A stretch of DNA of 64,000 nt, taken from contig JANJGN010000012.1 of assembly GCA_026770705.1 (NCBI GenBank), positions 29,822,001 to 29,886,000 of the forward strand. The letters are read 5' to 3'. Shown one piece after another: positions 30,101 through 45,100 of this stretch. The notes beneath the pieces were generated by a model. That model was not told the DNA's origin and did not search any database. It saw only the letters and a list, made by a program, of their open reading frames with translations. Numbering within the stretch: the stretch's first letter is position 1; every line of letters begins with the position of its first letter. The translations under genes were made by a program, and so were the position numbers. This stretch comes from Isurus oxyrinchus (lineage: Eukaryota).

Positions 30101-33100
30101 CATCCACAGCAGCAGAAACCTCAACATCAGCTTCTGTTTCATCAAGTGCAACAGCACAAACTACAGTGAGCTCCACTAAAACATCAATAACTGAAACAAC
30201 AACAGCAACTACTCTAGTCCCATCAAATGTCGTGACTATACGAAAGAACACTTTGCAGATATTACATTCTCAGTCCAGGCAAAATGCAGGAAGGTAGAAA
30301 CACATAAAGAAATGTGAGAAATGATTCTACTAGTGTGTTGTTGGTTAGCATGATGCATTGAACTATCATGCGCTCATGACTTTTGGTGAAATACCCTCAG
30401 TGAAAAATCAGGCTACGTTAGGTTCCTCAGGATCTTCCATTATCGGTTTTACCAAATCATAGAGCATAACCTTTGTACAGAAGCTTTGATGTACTCTCCA
30501 CGCTCACTGCTTACCTCAATAAAACATTGCCTGTTTAAATGTTGGCAGCAGAAATATCGTATTCAAGTACACAGACATCCACGGCAGCACTGACCTCTAC
30601 GTCTGCTCCTCCCTCAACAAGTGGAACAGCATCAACATCCACCGAAAGATCTACTGAAGGGTCAATAACTGAAGAATCGACAATCACTACATCACTCCCA
30701 ACAACAAGAGGTAAGAAAACAAAAGCAGTCTTTGCAACCATACCATTATGAATTCATTCAAACAGCTGGATGATAGAATTACTTACACAAAAGCTATTGA
30801 AACATTACAGGAGTATGTTGTTGTTACACTTTCCCACAGTTAACGTTATGTCAAACTCACTTGGTACTCTAACGCTGCCACAATTCCCGGCCACATTATC
30901 TTTATTAGTGTCTATGAGTAAATGCGAGTTCCAACAAAAAGTGGGGCACAACTGTTGTTCAAAAACTATCATATATTGTTTCAACTTTGTCATTCCCCTC
31001 AATAATAATATATCCCTTCCTCAATCACAGTGGCAGAAGTATCAACAAATACACCGACGTCCACATTAGCACCGACTTCTACACCAGCTTCTGCCACAAC
31101 AAGTACAATAGCACGAACATCTACAGCAAGCTCGACAGAAGCATCGACATCTGAGGCAACGACAGTTACAACCTCACTCCCTTCATCAAGTGGTGAGTAG
31201 CTGAGTGCTCTCTAATCAGTTCTAACATTCAGATTTCGTTCACATACTGAATGTTGAGAAACAGACAATAGACTTGGAAGAATAGAATATAGCATGAAGT
31301 CGGCTATGAATGTGCAGAGGACAATCATGTGATAATGACATTGTTTTGATTAATTCTTTGCATCATGGCCATTTGTTACTTGCTTTGAATATCTGACGAA
31401 GAAGGCAACTTTTCAGCTATAATATAAAGATGTTGTTCCGGGCATTATGTATAACCCATTCAGTCTATCTTCAATTTCCATAATAGCAGCAACAGAAATT
31501 TCAATTGCAAGTACACAGACATCCACTACATCAGAAGCCACCACATCAGCTCCTGCGTCAAACAGTACGATAGCGATAACAACTGCTGGGAACTCTACAG
31601 ATGCATCGACCACTGCGGTAACATCAATCACAACATCACTCCCTTCAACAAGTGGTTAGTATATGAGTCCTGTCTTATCACTTTGACCATCACTAATCCT
31701 TCCAGCCCACTCCGAGGTATAACAGATTAAACTGGTGAGAGATCAACTGATTATTCCAAGGTGCTGGCTACAATTGCCCCAAGTAGAATAATGCGCAGAT
31801 GAGATTTGCTCAGTAATGTTGTTTCAACATGGCAAGATATGTGACTAATTTTCATGAGCTGGGCCTGCTCAGAAGTCGATTCTTTGGGCCTAAATTTTAG
31901 AATGTTGTTCCATGCTTTTTGAGTGCTCCCTTAAGCCTATCACCTCTTTTAATAACAGCAGCAACAGAAACTTCAACTGCAAATGCACAGACATCCACAG
32001 CAGCAGAAACCTCAACATCAGCTTCTGTTTCATCAAGTGCAACAGCACAAACTACAGTGAGCTCCACTAAAGCATCAATAATTGAAACAACAACAGCAAC
32101 TACTCTTGTCCCATCAAAAAGTGGTGAGTATACGAAAGTACACTTTGCAGATATTACATTCTCAGTCAAGGCAAAATGCAGAAAGGTAGAAACACATAAA
32201 GAAATGTGAGAAATGATTCTACTAGTGTGTTGTTGACTAGCATGATGCATTGGACTATCATGCGCTCATGACTTTTGGTGAAATACCCTCAGTTAAAAAC
32301 GAGGCTACGTTAGGTTACTCAGGTTCTTCCATTATTTCTCGATATAACCAAATCATAGAGCATAACCTTTGTACAGAAGCTTTGATATACTCTCCATGCT
32401 CACTGCTTACCTCAATAAAACATTGCCTGTTTGAATGTTGGCTGCAGAAATATCGTATTCAAGTACACAGACATCCACGGCAGCACTATCCTCTGCGTCT
32501 GCTCCTCCCTCAACAAGTGGAACAGCATCAACATCCACCGCAGGCTCTACTGAAGGGTCAACAACTGAAGAATCGACAATCACTACGTCACTCCCAACAA
32601 CAAGAGGTAAGAAAACAACAGCACTCTTTACAACCATTCCATTATGAATTCATTCAAACAGCTGGATGATAGAATTACTTACACAAAAGCTATTGAAACA
32701 TTACAGGAGTATGTTGTTGTTACACTTTCCCACAGTTAACGTTATGCCAAACTCTCTTGGTACTCTAACGCCGCCACAATTCTTGGCCACATTATCTTTC
32801 TTAGTGTATTTCCGTAAATGCGAGTTCCAACAAAAAGTGGGGCACATATGTTGTTCAAAACTTTCATATATTGTTCCAACTTTTACATTTCCCTCAATAA
32901 AAATATATCCCTTCCTCAATCACAGTGGCAGAAGCATCAACAACAAATACTCAGACGTCAATAGTAGCACCTACCTCTACATCAGCTCCTGCCACAACAA
33001 GTACAATAGCACCAACGTTTACAGCAAGCTCGACAGAAGCATCGACATCTGAGGCAACGACAGTTACAACCTCACTCCCTTCATCAAGTGGTGAGTAGCT

Positions 33101-36100
33101 GAGTGCTCTCTGCTCAGTTCTAACATTCAGATTTCGTTCACATACTGAATGTTGAGAAACAGACAATAGACTTGGAAGAATAGAATATAGCATCAAGTCG
33201 GCTATGAATGTGCAGAGGACAATCATGTGAAAATGACATTGTTTTGATTAATTCTTTGCATCATGGCCATTTGTTACTTGCTTTGCATATCTGACGAAGA
33301 AGGCAATTTTTCAGCTATAATATAATGACGTTGTTCCAGGCATTATGTATACCCCACTCAGTCTATCTTCAATTTCTATAATAGCAGCAACAGAAATTTC
33401 AATTGCAAGTACACAGACATCCATTACATCAGAAGCCACCACATCAGCTCCTGCGTCAAACAGTACGATAGCGATGACAACTGCTGGGAACTCTACAGAT
33501 GCATCGACCACTGCAGTAACATCAATCACAACATCACTCCATTCAACAAGTGGTGAGTACATGAGCCCTCTCTTATCACTTTGACCATCACTAATCCTTC
33601 CAGCCCACTCCGAGGTATAACAGATTAAACTGGTGAGAGATCAACTGATTATACCAAGGTGCTGGCTACAATTGCCCCATGTAGAGTTATGCGCAGATTA
33701 GATTTGCTCAGTACTGTTGTTTCAACATGGCAAGATTTGTGACTAATTTTCATGAGCTGGGACTTCTCAGAAGTCGATTCTTTGGGCCTGAATTTTAGAA
33801 TGTTATTCCATGCTTTTTGAGTGCTCCCTTAAGCCGATCACCTCTTTTAATAACAGCAGCAACAGAAACTTCAACTGCAAATGCACAGACATCCACAGCA
33901 GCAGAAACCTCAACATCAGCTTCTGTTTCATCAAGTGCAACAGCACAAACTACAGTGAGCTCCACTAAAACATCAATAACTGAAACAACAACAGCAACTA
34001 CTCTAGTCCCATCAATAGTCGTGACTATACGAAAGAACACTTTGCAGATATTACATTCTCAGTCCAGGCAAAATGCAGGAAGGTAGAAACACATAAAGAA
34101 ATGTGAGAAATGATTCTACTAGTGTGTTGTTGGTTAGCATGATGCATTGAACTATCATGCGCTCATGACTTTTGGTGAAATACCCTCAGTGAAAAATCAG
34201 GCTACGTTAGGTTCCTCAGGATCTTCCATTATCGGTTTTACCAAATCATAGAGCATAACCTTTGTACAGAAGCTTTGATGTACTCTCCACGCTCACTGCT
34301 TACCTCAATAAAACATTGCCTGTTTGAATGTTGGCAGCAGAAATATCGTATTCAAGTACACAGACATCCACGGCAGCACTGACCTCTACGTCTGCTCCTC
34401 CCTCAACAAGTGGAACAGCATCAACATCCACCGAAGGCTCTACTGAAGGGTCAACAACTGAAGAATCGACAATCACTACGTCACTCCCAACAACAAGAGG
34501 TAAGAAAACAAAAGCAGTCTTTGCAACCATACCATTATGAATTCATTCAAACAGCTGGATGATAGAATTACTTACACAAAAGCTATTGAAACATTACAGG
34601 AGTATGTTGTTGTTACACTTTCCCACAGTTAACGTTATGTCAAACTCACTTGGTACTCTAACGCTGCCACAATTCCCGGCCACATTATCTTTATTAGTGT
34701 CTATGAGTAAATGCGAGTTCCAACAAAAAGTGGGGCACAACTGTTGTTCAAAAACTATCATATATTGTTCCAACTTTGTCATTCCCCTCAATAATAATAT
34801 ATCCCTTCCTCAATCACAGTGGCAGAAGTATCAACAAATACACCGACGTCCACATTAGCACCGACCTCTACACCAGCTTCTGCCACAACAAGTACAATAG
34901 CACCAACATCTACAGCAAGCTCGACAGAAGCATCGACATCTGAGGCAATGACAGTTACAACCTCACTCCCTTCATCAAGTGGTGAGTAGCTGAGTGCTCT
35001 CTAATCAGTTCTAACATTCAGATTTCGTTCACATACTGAATGTTGAGAAACAGACAATAGACTTGGAAGAATAGAATATAGCATGAAGTCGGCTATGAAT
35101 GTGCAGAGGACAATCATGTGATAATGACATTGTTTTGATTAATTCTTTGCATCATGGCCATTTGTTACTTGCTTTGAATATCTGACGAAGAAGGCAACTT
35201 TTCAGCTATAATATAAAGATGTTGTTCCGGGCATTATGTATAACCCATTCAGTCTATCTTCAATTTCCATAATAGCAGCAACAGAAATTTCAATTGCAAG
35301 TACACAGACATCCACTACATCAGAAGCCACCACATCAGCTCCTGCGTCAAACAGTACGATAGCGATGACAACTGCTGGGAACTCTACAGATGCATCGACC
35401 ACTGCGGTAACATCAATCACAACATCACTCCCTTCAACAAGTGGTTAGTATATGAGTCCTGTCTTATCACTTTGACCATCACTAATCCTTCCAGCCCACT
35501 CCGAGGTATAACAGACTAAACTGGTGAGAGATCAACTGATTATTCCAAGGTGCTGGCTACAATTGCCCCAAGTAGAATAATGCGCAGATGAGATTTGCTC
35601 AGTAATGTTGTTTCAACATGGCAAGATATGTGACTAATTTTCATGAGCTGGGCCTGCTCAGAAGTCGATTCTTTGGGCCTAAATTTTAGAATGTTGTTCC
35701 ATGCTTTTTGAGTGCTCCCTTAAGCCTATCACCTCTTTTAATAACAGCAGCAACAGAAACTTCAACTGCAAATGCACAGACATCCACAGCAGCAGAAACC
35801 TCAACATCAGCTTCTGTTTCATCAAGTGCAACAGCACAAACTACAGTGAGCTCCACTAAAGCATCAATAATTGAAACAACAACAGCAACTACTCTTGTCC
35901 CATCAAAAAGTGGTGAGTATACGAAAGTACACTTTGCAGATATTACATTCTCAGTCAAGGCAAAATGCAGAAAGGTAGAAACACATAAAGAAATGTGAGA
36001 AATGATTCTACTAGTGTGTTGTTGACTAGCATGATGCATTGGACTATCATGCGCTCATGACTTTTGGTGAAATACCCTCAGTTAAAAACGAGGCTACGTT

Positions 36101-39100
36101 AGGTTACTCAGGTTCTTCCATTATTTATCGATATAACCAAATCATAGAGCATAACCTTTGTACAGAAGCTTTGATATACTCTCCATGCTCACTGCTTACC
36201 TCAATAAAACATTGCCTGTTTGAATGTTGGCTGCAGAAATATCGTATTCAAGTACACAGACATCCACGGCAGCACTATCCTCTACGTCTGCTCCTCCCTC
36301 AACAAGTGGAACAGCATCAACATCCACCGCAGGCTCTACTGAAGGGTCAACAACTGAAGAATCGACAATCACTACGTCACTCCCAACAACAAGAGGTAAG
36401 AAAACAACAGCACTCTTTACAACCATTCCATTATGAATTCATTCAAACAGCTGGATGATAGAATTACTTACACAAAAGCTATTGAAACATTACAGGAGTA
36501 TGTTGTTGTTACACTTTCCCACAGTTAACGTTATGCCAAACTCTCTTGGTACTCTAACGATGCCACAATTCTTGGCCACATTATCTTTCTTAGTGTATTT
36601 CCGTAAATGCGAGTTCCAACAAAAAGTGGGGCACATATGTTGTTCAGAACTTTCATATATTGTTCCAACTTTTACATTTCCCTCAATAAAAATATATCCC
36701 TTCCTCAATCACAGTGGCAGAAGCATCAACAACAAATACTCAGACGTCAACAGTAGCACCTACCTCTACATCAGCTCCTGCCACAACAAGTACAATAGCA
36801 CCAACGTTTACAGCAAGCTCGACAGAAGCATCGACATCTGAGGCAACGACAGTTACAACCTCACTCCTTTCATCAAGTGGTGAGTAGCTGAGTGCTCTCT
36901 GCTCAGTTCTAACATTCAGATTTCGTTCACATACTGAATGTTGAGAAACAGACAATAGACTTGGAAGAATAGAATATAGCATGAAGTCGGCTATGAATGT
37001 GCACAGGACAATCATGTGAAAATGACATTGTTTTGATTAATTCTTTGCATCATGGCTATTTGTTACTTGCTTTGCATATCTGACGAAGAAGGCAACTTTT
37101 CAGCTATAACATAATGATGTTGTTCCAGGCATTATATATAACCCATTCAGTCTATCTTCAATTTCCATAATAGCAGCAACAGAAATTTCAATTGCAAGTA
37201 CACAGACATCCACTACATCAGAAGCCACCACATCAGCTCCTGCGTCAAGCAGTACGATAGCGATGACAACTGCCGGGAACACTACAAATGCATCGACCAC
37301 TGCAGTAACATCAATCACAACATCACTCCCTTCAACAAGTGGTGAGTACATGAGTCCTGTCTTATCACTTTGACCATCACTAATCCTTCCAGCCCACTCC
37401 GAGGTATAACAGACTAAACTGGTGAGAGATCAACTGATTATACCAAGGTGCTGGCTACAATTGCCCCAAGTAGAATAATGCGCAGATGAGATTTGCTCAG
37501 TAATGTTTCAACATGGCAAGATATGTGACTAATTTTCATGAGCTGGGCCTTCTCAGAAGTCGATTCTTTGGGCCTGAATTTTAGAATGTTGTTCCATGCT
37601 TTTTGAGTGCTCCCCTGAGCCTATCACCTCTTTTAATAACAGCAGCAACAGAAAATTCAACTGCAAATGCTCAGACATCCACAGCAGCAGAAACCTCAAC
37701 ATCAACTTCTGTTTCATCAAGTGCAACAGCACAAACTACAGTGAGGTCCACTAAAACATCAATAACTGAAACAACAACAGCAACTACTCTAGTCCCATCA
37801 AAAAGTGGTGAGTATACAAAAGTACACTTTGCAGATATTACATTCTCAGTCCAGGCAAAATGCAGGAAGGTAGAAACACATAAAGAAATATGAGAAATGA
37901 TTCTACTAGTGTGCTGTTGGCTAGCCTGATGCATTGGACTATCATGCGCTCATGACTTTTGGTGAAATACCCTCAGTTAAAAACGAGGCTATGTTAGGTT
38001 ACTCAGGATCTTCCATTATATATCAGTTTTACCAAATCATAGAGCATAACCTATGTACATAAACATGTGAAAATGACATTGTTTTGATAAATTCTTTGCA
38101 TCATGGCCATTTGTTACTTGCTTTGCATATCTGACGAAGAAGGCAACTTTTCAGGTTATAACATAATGATGTTGCTCCAGGGATTATGTATACCCCATTC
38201 AGTCTATCTTCAATTTCTATAATAACAGCAACAGAAATTTCAATTGCAAGTACACAGACATCCACTACATCAGAAGCCACCACATCAGCTCCTGCGTCAA
38301 GCAGTACGATAGCGATGACAAATGCCGGGAACTCTACAGATGCATCGACCACTGCGGTAACATCCATCACAACATCACTCCCTTCAACAAGTGGTGAGTA
38401 TATGAGTCCTGTCTTATCACTTTGACCATCACTAATCCTTCCAGCCCACTCCGAGGTATAACAGATTAAACTGGTGAGAGATCAACTGATTATACCAAGG
38501 TGCTGGCTACAATTGCCCCAAGTAGAGTTATGCGCAGATTAGATTTGCTCAGTACTGTTGTTTCAACATGGCAAGATATGTGACTAATTTTCATGAGCTG
38601 GGACTTCTCAGAAGTCGATTCTTTGGGCCTGAATTTTAGAATGTTGTTCCATGCTTTTTGAGTGCTCCCTTAAGCCGATCACCTCTTTTAATAACAGCAG
38701 CAACAGAAACTTCAACTGCAAATGCACAGACATCCACAGCAGCAGAAACCTCAACATCAGCTTCTGTTTCATCAAGTGCAACAGCACAAACTACAGTGAG
38801 CTCCACTAAAACATCAATAACTGAAACAACAACAGCAACTACTCTAGTCCCATCAAATGTCGTGACTATACGAAAGAACACTTTGCAGATATTACATTCT
38901 CAGTCCAGGCAAAATGCAGGAAGGTAGAAACACATAAAGAAATGTGAGAAATGATTCTACTAGTGTGTTGTTGGTTAGCATGATGCATTGAACTATCATG
39001 CGCTCATGACTTTTGGTGAAATACCCTCAGTGAAAAATCAGGCTACGTTAGGTTCCTCAGGATCTTCCATTATCGGTTTTACCAAATCATAGAGCATAAC

Positions 39101-42100
39101 CTTTGTACAGAAGCTTTGATGTACTCTCCACGCTCACTGCTTACCTCAATAAAACATTGCCTGTTTGAATGTTGGCAGCAGAAATATCGTATTCAAGTAC
39201 ACAGACATCCACGGCAGCACTGACCTCTACGTCTGCTCCTCCCTCAACAAGTGGAACAGCATCAACATGCACCGAAGGCTCTACTGAAGGGTCAACAACT
39301 GAAGAATCGACAATCACTACGTCACTCCCAACAACAAGAGGTAAGAAAACAAAAGCAGTCTTTGCAACCATACCATTATGAATTCATTCAAACAGCTGGA
39401 TGATAGAATTACTTACACAAAAGCTATTGAAACATTACAGGAGTATGTTGTTGTTACACTTTCCCACAGTTAACGTTATGTCAAACTCACTTGGTACACT
39501 AATGCTGCCACAATTCCCGGCCACATTATCTTTATTAGTGTGTATGAGTAAATGCGAGTTCCAACAAAAAGTGGGGCACAACTGTTGTTCAAAAACTATC
39601 ATATATTGTTTCAACTTTGTCATTCCCCTCAATAATAATATATCCCTTCCTCAATCACAGTGGCAGAAGTATCAACAAATACACCGACGTCCACATTAGC
39701 ACCGACTTCTACACCAGCTTCTGCCACAACAAGTACAATAGCACGAACATCTACAGCAAGCTCGACAGAAGCATCGACATCTGAGGCAACGACAGGTACA
39801 ACCTCACTCCCTTCATCAAGTGGTGAGTAGCTGAGTGCTCTCTGCTCAGTTCTAACATTCAGATTTCGTTCACATACTGAATGTTGAGAAACAGACAATA
39901 GACTTGGAAGAATAGAATATAGCATTAAGTCGGCTATGAATGTGCACAGGACAATCATGTGAAAATGACATTGTTTTGATTAATTCTTTGCATCATGGCT
40001 ATTTGTTACTTGCTTTGCATATCTGACGAAGAAGGCAACTTTTCAGCTATAACATAATGATGTTGTTCCAGGCATTATATATAACCCATTCAGTCTATCT
40101 TCAATTTCCATAATAGCAGCAACAGAAATTTCAATTGCAAGTACACAGACATCCACTACATCAGAAGCCACCACATCAGCTCCTGCGTCAAGCAGTACGA
40201 TAGCGATGACAACTGCCGGGAACACTACAAATGCATCGACCACTGCAGTAACATCAATCACAACATCACTCCCTTCAACAAGTGGTGAGTACATGAGTCC
40301 TGTCTTATCACTTTGACCATCACTAATCCTTCCAGCCCACTCCGAGGTATAACAGACTAAACTGGTGAGAGATCAACTGATTATACCAAGGTGCTGTCTA
40401 CAATTGCCCCAAGTAGAATAACGCGCAGATGAGATTTGCTCAGTAATGTTTCAACATGGCAAGATATGTGACTAATTTTCATGAGCTGGGCCTTCTCAGA
40501 AGTCGATTCTTTGGGCCTGAATTTTAGAATGTTGTTCCATGCTTTTTGAGTGCTCCCCTGAGCCTATCACCTCTTTTAATAACAGCAGCAACAGAAACTT
40601 CAACTGCAAATGCTCAGACATCCACAGCAGCAGAAACCTCAACATCAACTTCTGTTTCATCAAGTGCAACAGCACAAACTACAGTGAGGTCCACTAAAAC
40701 ATCAATAACTGAAACAACAACAGCAACTACTCTAGTCCCATCAAAAAGTGGTGAGTATACAAAAGTACACTTTGCAGATATTACATTCTCAGTCCAGGCA
40801 AAATGCAGGAAGGTAGAAACACATAAAGAAATATGAGAAATGATTCTACTAGTGTGCTGTTGGCTAGCCTGATGCATTGGACTATCATGCGCTCATGACT
40901 TTTGGTGAAATACCCTCAGTTAAAAATGAGGCTATGTTAGGTTACTCAGGATCTTCCATTATATATCAGTTTTACCAAATCATAGAGCATAACCTATGTA
41001 CATAAACATGTGAAAATGACATTGTTTTGATAAATTCTTTGCATCATGGCCATTTGTTACTTGCTTTGCATATCTGACGAAGAAGGCAACTTTTCAGGTT
41101 ATAACATAATGATGTTGCTCCAGGGATTATGTATACCCCATTCAGTCTATCTTCAATTTCTATAATAACAGCAACAGAAATTTCAATTGCAAGTACACAG
41201 ACATCCACTACATCAGAAGCCACCACATCAGCTCCTGCGTCAAGCAGTACGATAGCGATGACAACTGCCGGGAACTCTACAGATGCATCGACCACTGCGG
41301 TAACATCCATCACAACATCACTCCCTTCAACAAGTGGTGAGTATATGAGTCCTGTCTTATCACTTTGACCATCACTAATCCTTCCAGCCCACTCCGAGGT
41401 ATAACAGATTAAACTGGTGAGAGATCAACTGATTATACCAAGGTGCTGGCTACAATTGCCCCAAGTAGAGTTATGCGCAGATTAGATTTGCTCAGTACTG
41501 TTGTTTCAACATGGCAAGATATGTGACTAATTTTCATCAGCTGGGACTTCTCAGAAGTCGATTCTTTGGGCCTGAATTTTAGAATGTTGTTCCATGCTTT
41601 TTGAGTGCTCCCTTAAGCCGATCACCTCTTTTAATAACAGCAGCAACAGAAACTTCAACTGCAAATGCACAGACATCCACAGCAGCAGAAACCTCAACAT
41701 CAGCTTCTGTTTCATCAAGTGCAACAGCACAAACTACAGTGAGCTCCACTAAAACATCAATAACTGAAACAACAACAGCAACTACTCTAGTCCCATCAAA
41801 TGTCGTGACTATACGAAAGAACACTTTGCAGATATTACATTCTCAGTCCAGGCAAAATGCAGGAAGGTAGAAACACATAAAGAAATGTGAGAAATGATTC
41901 TACTAGTGTGTTGTTGGTTAGCATGATGCATTGAACTATCATGCGCTCATGACTTTTGGTGAAATACCCTCAGTGAAAAATCAGGCTACGTTAGGTTCCT
42001 CAGGATCTTCCATTATCGGTTTTACCAAATCATAGAGCATAACCTTTGTACAGAAGCTTTGATGTACTCTCCACGCTCACTGCTTACCTCAATAAAACAT

Positions 42101-45100
42101 TGCCTGTTTGAATGTTGGCAGCAGAAATATCGTATTCAAGTACACAGACATCCACGGCAGCACTGACCTCTACGTCTGCTCCTCCCTCAACAAGTGGAAC
42201 AGCATCAACATCCACCGAAAGCTCTACTGAAGGGTCAATAACTGAAGAATCGACAATCACTACATCACTCCCAACAACAAGAGGTAAGAAAACAAAAGCA
42301 GTCTTTGCAACCATACCATTATGAATTCATTCAAACAGCTGGATGATAGAATTACTTACACAAAAGCTATTGAAACATTACAGGAGTATGTTGTTGTTAC
42401 ACTTTCCCACAGTTAACGTTATGTCAAACTCACTTGGTACTCTAACGCTGCCACAATTCCCGGCCACATTATCTTTATTAGTGTCTATGAGTAAATGCGA
42501 GTTCCAACAAAAAGTGGGGCACAACTGTTGTTCAAAAACTATCATATATTGTTTCAACTTTGTCATTCCCCTCAATAATAATATATCCCTTCCTCAATCA
42601 CAGTGGCAGAAGTATCAACAAATACACCGACGTCCACATTAGCACCGACTTCTACACCAGCTTCTGCCACAACAAGTACAATAGCACGAACATCTACAGC
42701 AAGCTCGACAGAAGCATCGACATCTGAGGCAACGACAGGTACAACCTCACTCCCTTCATCAAGTGGTGAGTAGCTGAGTGCTCTCTGCTCAGTTCTAACA
42801 TTCAGATTTCGTTCACATACTGAATGTTGAGAAACAGACAATAGACTTGGAAGAATAGAATATAGCATGAAGTCGGCTATGAATGTGCACAGGACAATCA
42901 TGTGAAAATGACATTGTTTTGATTAATTCTTTGCATCATGGCCATTTGTTACTTGCTTTGAATATCTGACGAAGAAGGCAACTTTTCAGCTATAATATAA
43001 AGATGTTGTTCCGGGCATTATGTATAACCCATTCAGTCTATCTTCAATTTCCATAATAGCAGCAACAGAAATTTCAATTGCAAGTACACAGACATCCACT
43101 ACATCAGAAGCCACCACATCAGCTCCTGCGTCAAGCAGTACGATAGCGATGACAACTGCCGGGAACTCTACAGATGCATCGACCACTGCGGTAACATCAA
43201 TCACAACATCACTCCCTTCAACAAGTGGTTAGTATATGAGTCCTGTCTTATCACTTTGACCATCACTAATCCTTCCAGCCCACTCCGAGGTATAACAGAT
43301 TAAACTGGTGAGAGATCAACTGATTATTCCAAGGTGCTGGCTACAATTGCCCCAAGTAGAATAATGCGCAGATGAGATTTGCTCAGTAATGTTGTTTCAA
43401 CATGGCAAGATATGTGACTAATTTTCGTGAGCTGGGCCTGCTCAGAAGTCGATTCTTTGGGCCTAAATTTTAGAATGTTGTTCCATGCTTTTTGAGTGCT
43501 CCCTTAAGCCTATCACCTCTTTTAATAACAGCAGCAACAGAAACTTCAACTGCAAATGCACAGACATCCACAGCAGCAGAAACCTCAACATCAGCTTCTG
43601 TTTCATCAAGTGCAACAGCACAAACTACAGTGAGCTCCACTAAAGCATCAATAACTGAAACAACAACAGCAACTACTCTTGTCCCATCAAAAAGTGGTGA
43701 GTATACGAAAGTACACTTTGCAGATATTACATTCTCAGTCAAGGCAAAATGCAGAAAGGTAGAAACACATAAAGAAATGTGAGAAATGATTCTACTAGTG
43801 TGTTGTTGGCTAGCATGATGCATTGGACTATCATGCGCTCATGACTTTTGGTGAAATACCCTGAGTTAAAAACGAGGCTACGTTAGGTTACTCAGGTTCT
43901 TCCATTATTTATCGATATAACCAAATCATAGAGCATAACCTTTGTACAGAAGCTTTGATATACTCTCCATGCTCACTGCTTACCTCAATAAAACATTGCC
44001 TGTTTGAATGTTGGCTGCAGAAATATCGTATTCAAGTACACAGACATCCACGGCAGCACTACCCTCTACGTCTGCTCCTCCCTCAACAAGTGGAACAGCA
44101 TCAATATCCACCGCTGGCTCTACTGAAGGGTCAACAACTGAAGAATCGACAATCACTACGTCACTCCCAACAACAAGAGGTAAGAAAACAACAGCACTCT
44201 TTACAACCATTCCATTATGAATTCATTCAAACAGCTGGATGATAGAATTACTTACACAAAAGCTATTGAAACATTACAGGAGTATGTTGTTGTTACACTT
44301 TCCCACAGTTAACGTTATGCCAAACTCTCTTGGTACTCTAACGCTGCCACAATTCTTGGCCACATTATCTTTCTTAGTGTATTTCCGTAAATGCGAGTTC
44401 CAACAAAAAGTGGGGCACATATGTTGTTCAAAACTTTCATATATTGTTCCAACTTTTACATTTCCCTCAATAAAAATATATCCCTTCCTCAATCACAGTG
44501 GCAGAAGCATCAACAACAAATACTCAGACGTCAACAGTAGCACCTACCTCTACATCAGCTCCTGCCACAACAAGTACAATAGCACCAACGTTTACAGCAA
44601 GCTCGACAGAAGCATCGACATCTGAGGCAACGACAGTTACAACCTCACTCCCTTCATCAAGTGGTGAGTAGCTGAGTGCTGCCTGCTCAGTTCTTAAATT
44701 CAGATTTCGTTCACATACTGAATGTTGAGAAACAGACAATAGACTTGGAAGAATAGAATATAGCATCAAGTCGGCTATGAATGTGCAGAGGACAATCATG
44801 TGAAAATGACATTGTTTTGATTAATTCTTTGCATCATGGCCATTTGTTACTTGCTTTGCATATCTGACGAAGAAGGCAATTTTTCAGCTATAATATAATG
44901 ACGTTGTTCCAGGCATTATGTATACCCCACTCAGTCTATCTTCAATTTCTATAATAGCAGCAACAGAAATTTCAATTGCAAGTACACAGACATCCATTAC
45001 ATCAGAAGCCACCACATCAGCTCCTGCGTCAAACAGTACGATAGCGATGACAACTGCTGGGAACTCTACAGATGCATCGACCACTGCAGTAACATCAATC

